Source of the DNA: Bacilli bacterium
GTDB taxonomy: Bacteria > Bacillota_I > Bacilli_A > RFN20 > CAG-826
Length of the DNA stretch: 64,000 nt
Direction of reading: 5' to 3'
Assembly: GCA_024408655.1 (NCBI GenBank)
Contig: JAKSUV010000002.1
Location: forward strand, 8,938-72,937
Under the pieces are notes generated by a model that was not told the DNA's origin, ran no database searches, and saw nothing but the letters and a program-made list of their open reading frames with translations. Below, piece after piece: positions 59,627-64,000 of the stretch; the first letter of the stretch is position 1; each line of letters starts with the position of its first letter. A program made the translations under genes and the position numbers.

Positions 59627-60986
59627 GGTGTCTATTTCTTGCCTCCGCTTTGTAGCGTTCGACCCGTTGTCGACGGATATCCTTCCGGATTAATTCACGC
59701 TTATGTTTTTGCTTCACTTTGTTAATCGCGTTTTTCACTTTCTTTTTATAACCCGGTTTCACCCGTTTTCCTTGGTTTTCGTATTTCGCCTTTTTAATTT
59801 CACGTAGTAAATCGGGATCAATTTTCTTTTTGTTTTTAAATGTTTTTTTAAATGGTTTACCAATGGTTAAAAGATTATTCTTTAAAGAATAGTAATCAAA
59901 AACTACTCCTTGCTTCATTAGTGATTCAACTCGCCGCGTGTCGTCAGTGTTATAAAACACATATGAATGCCCACGTTTATCAAAGCGACCGGTTCGACCA
60001 GCCCGGTGGAAATAATAAGATAAATCACTTGGTAAGTTAATACTTAAGACATCCGAAACATTTTGAAAATCCATTCCGCGACTCATGAGATCGCTTGCCA
60101 CCACGATTTGGAATTCATCTTGGTTAATCCGCTTTAAGGCGGCCCGACGTTCCCGGTCTGATAAATCACCGGTAACTTTAATCACCGAGAATTTTTGCGC
60201 TTTTAAAAAATCATACAAAGCGTTCACATCGTTTTTGTTACTCGCAAAAATTAATAAGAAATACGGATTTTTATTTTTAATAAACGCGAGGGTTGCTTCG
60301 TTAACGTGTTGATGATGAATATCGATTAAGTGATGGGAAACCCCACGACTAGTTTTCGTCGAGTCACTAGTGATTTCATAATCCGCGCCAATATAACGAT
60401 TAATCCGGTTTTGCAGATTAGCTTCAATTGTCGCGGAGAAAATCATTAGTTGCGGATGATGCGCTAAATGCATGATGTAATCAATTTCGTTAAAGTAGCC
60501 CATCTCTAGTAACATATCCGCTTCGTCTAAAATAATCGTTTCTAGGTGATCGGCTTTTAAGTGTCCCTTCTTAAAGAGCGAAGCTAAGCGACCGGGTGTT
60601 CCCACCACAATCTGGGGTGTTTCTTTGAGACCAACAATATTTTCTTTTTCACTTGTTTCGCTTGAAAGAAGACGCACTTTGACTTCATGATATTCTTGCT
60701 TAAAGCCACGAAGAAAATTAAAGACTTGGCGCGCTAGTTCATTAGTGGGCGTTATAATGAGCGCATTTAAAAACAGCGCATTTGAGCGCTTTTGTTGACA
60801 TAGTAAAGGAATTAAATAGGCATGGGTCTTTCCGCTTCCGGTTTCACTTTTAACAACTAAATTAGCGCCTTTAAGAGCCTTCGGAATCACGAGCTCTTGC
60901 ACTTTACTAGGTGAAAGATAGCCTTGGCGCGTTAACGAAGCGATAAGACGAGGATCAAGATTAAACGATTTAAAGGAACTAGCCAT
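59619..60986 (-). CDS. cshB: DEAD-box RNA helicase (CshB-like)
   Basis: [41 protein letters not shown] tail; cshB-nfo synteny. Confidence 0.9.
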   Translation of the reverse strand: MASSFKSFNLDPRLIASLTRQGYLSPSKVQELVIPKALKGANLVVKSETGSGKTHAYLIPLLCQQKRSNALFLNALIITPTNELARQVFNFLRGFKQEYHEVKVRLLSSETSEKENIVGLKETPQIVVGTPGRLASLFKKGHLKADHLETIILDEADMLLEMGYFNEIDYIMHLAHHPQLMIFSATIEANLQNRINRYIGADYEITSDSTKTSRGVSHHLIDIHHQHVNEATLAFIKNKNPYFLLIFASNKNDVNALYDFLKAQKFSVIKVTGDLSDRERRAALKRINQDEFQIVVASDLMSRGMDFQNVSDVLSINLPSDLSYYFHRAGRTGRFDKRGHSYVFYNTDDTRRVESLMKQGVVFDYYSLKNNLLTIGKPFKKTFKNKKKIDPDLLREIKKAKYENQGKRVKPGYKKKVKNAINKVKQKHKRELIRKDIRRQRVERYKAEARNRHHG

Positions 60987-61026
60987 ACTACCAAATTATT
61001 ATAACAAGTTTTATAATGGAGAAGAG

Positions 61027-61896
61027 ATGAAAACCTACGTTGCTAATCCAAGCGGTTATTGTCAAGGCGTCCAACGAGCGGTGGCCTTAGCGATGACTTT
61101 TCATCATGAACATCCAAATTTAAAAATTTATATTCTTGGTTCACTAGTTCATAACGAAAAAGTGCTAATGGAACTTGAAAAAATGGGCATGCATTCTTTG
61201 CTTGGCGAAGAAAGTGACGAAGAAAAAATTAAGAAATTACCTAATGGCGTTGGTCTTATTTTCCCCGCCCACGGTCATGATAAAAAACTTGAAGATATTT
61301 GTAAGAAAAAACGGATTGTGATGCTTGATGTCACTTGTCCAATTGTTTCGGCTAGTCGCGACCGCATTATGCGTGCGCTTTCTTATGGCCGCGAAGTTAT
61401 TTATGTCGGTACGCCCCACCATCCTGAAACTAACGCGATGCTTTCTTTATCTAACCGTGTCCATCTTTATATGGACATAAAAGACGACTTAACAAAGAAG
61501 ATCAAAGATCACGCGCCGTTTGTGAGTAACCAAACGACTTTAACCGTCTTTGAACTCGTCGAAATTTTTAATTACATTAAAAGCGTATTTCCAAACGCGA
61601 CTATGCAAAACGAAGTTTGTAGCGCGACGCGATTACGCCAACAAGCGGTCTTGCAATTACCAAGTGATGTTGATTGTGTCTTCATTGTTGGCGGCCATAA
61701 AAGTAGTAACACCTTACGGCTTTACGAAGTTGCTAAACGTCACTTCTCAACTTTAAAAATTTATCGCATCCTTGATGAAAACGATATCGACCCGAAAGCG
61801 TTAAAGGGTTGTCTAAGCGCCGCGATTATTTCCGGTGCCAGTACGCCACTTCAAGAAACGATGAAGGTCAAAGTTAAACTTGACGGAATTTATTAA
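61027..61896 (+). CDS. ispH: HMBPP reductase IspH
   Basis: GYCQGV, VHN, AHG, DVTCP, HPE, QTT, VCSAT, SSNT, GASTP. Confidence 0.96.
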   Translation: MKTYVANPSGYCQGVQRAVALAMTFHHEHPNLKIYILGSLVHNEKVLMELEKMGMHSLLGEESDEEKIKKLPNGVGLIFPAHGHDKKLEDICKKKRIVMLDVTCPIVSASRDRIMRALSYGREVIYVGTPHHPETNAMLSLSNRVHLYMDIKDDLTKKIKDHAPFVSNQTTLTVFELVEIFNYIKSVFPNATMQNEVCSATRLRQQAVLQLPSDVDCVFIVGGHKSSNTLRLYEVAKRHFSTLKIYRILDENDIDPKALKGCLSAAIISGASTPLQETMKVKVKLDGIY

Positions 61897-62654
61897 ATAA
61901 ATTCAGGATATTTTTGCGCGACCGGCGTAACTTTTAAACTGGGATCTAACTCTTTTAATACGCGCGTAAGCGTAGGGACGAAGAGCTGCTCAACTTCGTG
62001 CATTATCTCTAGATAATTATAGCGACAACAGTTAATATCGTGACGAATATGGTGTGGAGCGTCACCCGAGAGAAAGATATCGTATCCTTCTTCGCGCGCA
62101 AACTTAAATATTCCTGAGCCCGCGCCTCCGCATAGAGCGACCTTTTTAATTTGCTTCGCTCCCCGATTAATTAGGTACACATTTGGTAGGTGTAATTTCT
62201 CTTTCACATAACGGGCGAAAACGTGCACCTCCATTGGATGAGGTAAAACACCACCCCGGGCCATTGGTTCATCTTTTAAGGGTTTAACATTCTTTAGCCC
62301 TAGTACACATGCAAGTTGGTCATTCATCCCGCCGGGCGCGGAATCAAAATTAGTGTGCATGCTATAAACCGGGATATGGAGATGATCAATTGTTTTAACT
62401 AATTTCCGTTTCACTTCGTCATAGCTTAAAACTTCTCTACGTTTTCCATATATCAAAGGATGATGCGTCAAAATTAAATCAACATGCTTGTTTTTAATTA
62501 CGTTCCAAACATCATCATCAAAATCAAGACACACACAAACGTGATGAACTTCTTTTTTAATTTTGCCGGTTTGTAAACCAATAAAATCACCCGGAAAGGC
62601 GACTCGTTTTGGATATAACCGCCGCAAATGATATAGTAAGGTACTGCTTTTCAT
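61893..62654 (-). CDS. Nif3-like dinuclear metal center protein (YqfO/YbgI family)
   Basis: THHPL, HTNFD, GGAG, HEVE. Confidence 0.92.
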   Translation of the reverse strand: MKSSTLLYHLRRLYPKRVAFPGDFIGLQTGKIKKEVHHVCVCLDFDDDVWNVIKNKHVDLILTHHPLIYGKRREVLSYDEVKRKLVKTIDHLHIPVYSMHTNFDSAPGGMNDQLACVLGLKNVKPLKDEPMARGGVLPHPMEVHVFARYVKEKLHLPNVYLINRGAKQIKKVALCGGAGSGIFKFAREEGYDIFLSGDAPHHIRHDINCCRYNYLEIMHEVEQLFVPTLTRVLKELDPSLKVTPVAQKYPEFI

Positions 62655-62702
62655 TCAAATATAACCGCCACCGGTAAAACAGCGAAAACGCGAACTAGAG
62701 TA

Positions 62703-63554
62703 CTACTCCACTTTAATTGTATAAGTTTTGACTCCTAACACGGTTTCGCCATCGATTTGTAGCGCACAAGGAACATCAAAGGTAACTTTAATATCTTTGC
62801 CAACAATATGGTGAATATGCTTTTTCATTTTATCGTGTTTACCACCTGAGAACTTTGGGAAACGTAAGAAAGTGAGTAAGCGTGATTTGCCTGTAAAAAT
62901 GACTAAGTCATTTGTGTGGGCTTTATTTAAACGATCTTGCCGTGGCGCGCCCATCATACCACCGCCATAGAAGCGACCATGCATCGTTGAGGCTAGCCAG
63001 ACATTTTCGTAATTACTTACTTTGCCATCGACTTCCACCGTCGCTTTTCTTAATTTGTATTTGCCGAATAATAATTTAATTGCGATGCTCGTATAGTTAA
63101 TTTTCGCACCCGAATCAGCGGCGCGGATTTGGTCAGCCACTTCGCAGCATTGACCATCTAAACCAAAACCAATGTTATTTAAGAAATAAGTTTTCTTGCC
63201 ATTAATTTCCACGGTCGGTAATTTATCAATATAACGATTTAAAGGAATTAAACCTTCTTCGTCAGCGTGATCGACGACATCGCGGTAAAAATCATTACCC
63301 GAACCACAACGAGCGTAGCTAATCTTGTTACTTGGTTTATGGCCAGCTAAATCGTTAATAAAACGATTAAGCGTCCCGTCTCCACCCGTTAAAATGACAC
63401 CATCAGTCTTTTTAAGACCAGTAAAAAATTGTTTGATATCAAGGTCGATGACGCTTTGGTATTTCGTTTGAATTTTTAATTTTTCCGCAATCGCTTTGGC
63501 GTTATCTTCGCCATGGCCGTTATCAGCCTTCGGATTAAATAGAATATAAATCAT
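62703..63554 (-). CDS. Diacylglycerol kinase family lipid kinase
   Basis: NPKA, GGDGT, GSGNDF, GFGLDG, FYGGG, QIDGE. Confidence 0.9.
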   Translation of the reverse strand: MIYILFNPKADNGHGEDNAKAIAEKLKIQTKYQSVIDLDIKQFFTGLKKTDGVILTGGDGTLNRFINDLAGHKPSNKISYARCGSGNDFYRDVVDHADEEGLIPLNRYIDKLPTVEINGKKTYFLNNIGFGLDGQCCEVADQIRAADSGAKINYTSIAIKLLFGKYKLRKATVEVDGKVSNYENVWLASTMHGRFYGGGMMGAPRQDRLNKAHTNDLVIFTGKSRLLTFLRFPKFSGGKHDKMKKHIHHIVGKDIKVTFDVPCALQIDGETVLGVKTYTIKVE

Positions 63555-63609
63555 AACTTTCTCCTCCTTAGTAATGCTATTACTAACCTACATAGATTAT
63601 AGCAAAAAA

Positions 63610-63999
63610 TTATCGATGATAAGCAATGAGTTGATATTTTTTCTTTTTGTCAATAATTGATTTTTCCTCTTTAACTTGGTAACCAAGCGTTAAAAGATAA
63701 GCAGTAACTTTATCGTTATCACGATGAGCGTCCGTGATAATGGTTTTAATCTTTTTAAGTTTTTTCTCATCATGTTTTAAAATGCTAATGATATTCATAC
63801 CGCCTAATCCAGCCAACACTAAAGTGTTAACTTTTGGATCAAGTGGAAAGTCTAAACCATTCGCTTTGATTACTTTACAACCATCAGTGAGATGATGTTT
63901 TTCGATATTGTTTTTAGCGTTCGCGATTGGGCCGTCTTTATTATCAATCGCGTAGGCATATTGAATTTGTTGGTTCTTAAAAAGTTCAAGAATTAAATA
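63610..63999 (-). CDS. trmK: tRNA (adenine22-N1)-methyltransferase TrmK, 5' part beyond window
   Basis: Frame open to the window edge: YL..D.KDGP..NA..NGL..LAGLGG; upstream of the Nif3 gene as in Bacilli. Confidence 0.8.
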   Translation of the reverse strand, partial: YLILELFKNQQIQYAYAIDNKDGPIANAKNNIEKHHLTDGCKVIKANGLDFPLDPKVNTLVLAGLGGMNIISILKHDEKKLKKIKTIITDAHRDNDKVTAYLLTLGYQVKEEKSIIDKKKKYQLIAYHR

Positions 64000-64000
64000 A

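Noticed and set aside
57703-62654. Strand flips and tight convergent ends at ispG/nfo and ispH/Nif3
   Set aside because: Largely mirrors the conserved Bacilli trmK-yqfO-ispH-cshB-nfo-ispG arrangement; not a recent inversion

Overview
A gene-dense, AT-rich core-genome segment from a streamlined low-GC Bacillota (Bacilli) chromosome. It uses genetic code 11 (TGA is a stop) and keeps Bacillus-like synteny, but has a Mollicutes-type EF-P loop, so an uncultured RFN20/RF39/Erysipelotrichales-like lineage is inferred. The window spans the probable replication terminus: all called genes run on + up to 40925, a 28-bp dif site lies at 41059-41086, and genes then switch to -, with xerD and parE-parC nearby. 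Most content is housekeeping: pnp, typA, radC, rplU-prp-rpmA, ktrB/A, obgE, nadE, ruvAB, secDF, recJ, rel, hisS-aspS, tkt, nusB, xseAB, dxs, dinB-xerD-deoB, the yqeG-rsfS cluster, efp, rpmG, a nucleoside ABC operon, deoD, ispG/H, nfo, cshB, trmK and two tRNAs. I found no CRISPR array, IS or prophage. The most unusual observation is a nucleoside-type ABC ATPase carrying an in-frame ~125-aa insert homologous to the GyrA/ParC coiled-coil/C-gate dimerisation module. Its operon also has an enlarged BMP lipoprotein and an attenuator-like leader with a tiny uORF. Other notable items are a dif-like XerD arm over the dinB-xerD promoter, an HTH-Vat-GNAT triple fusion with a candidate operator, a tRNA-Phe with a swapped A54/U58 T-loop, two unannotated small proteins, a probable pseudo-phosphatase/RsbW sensor, and widespread leaderless gene starts. 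All calls come from reading motifs by eye; no database searches were run.
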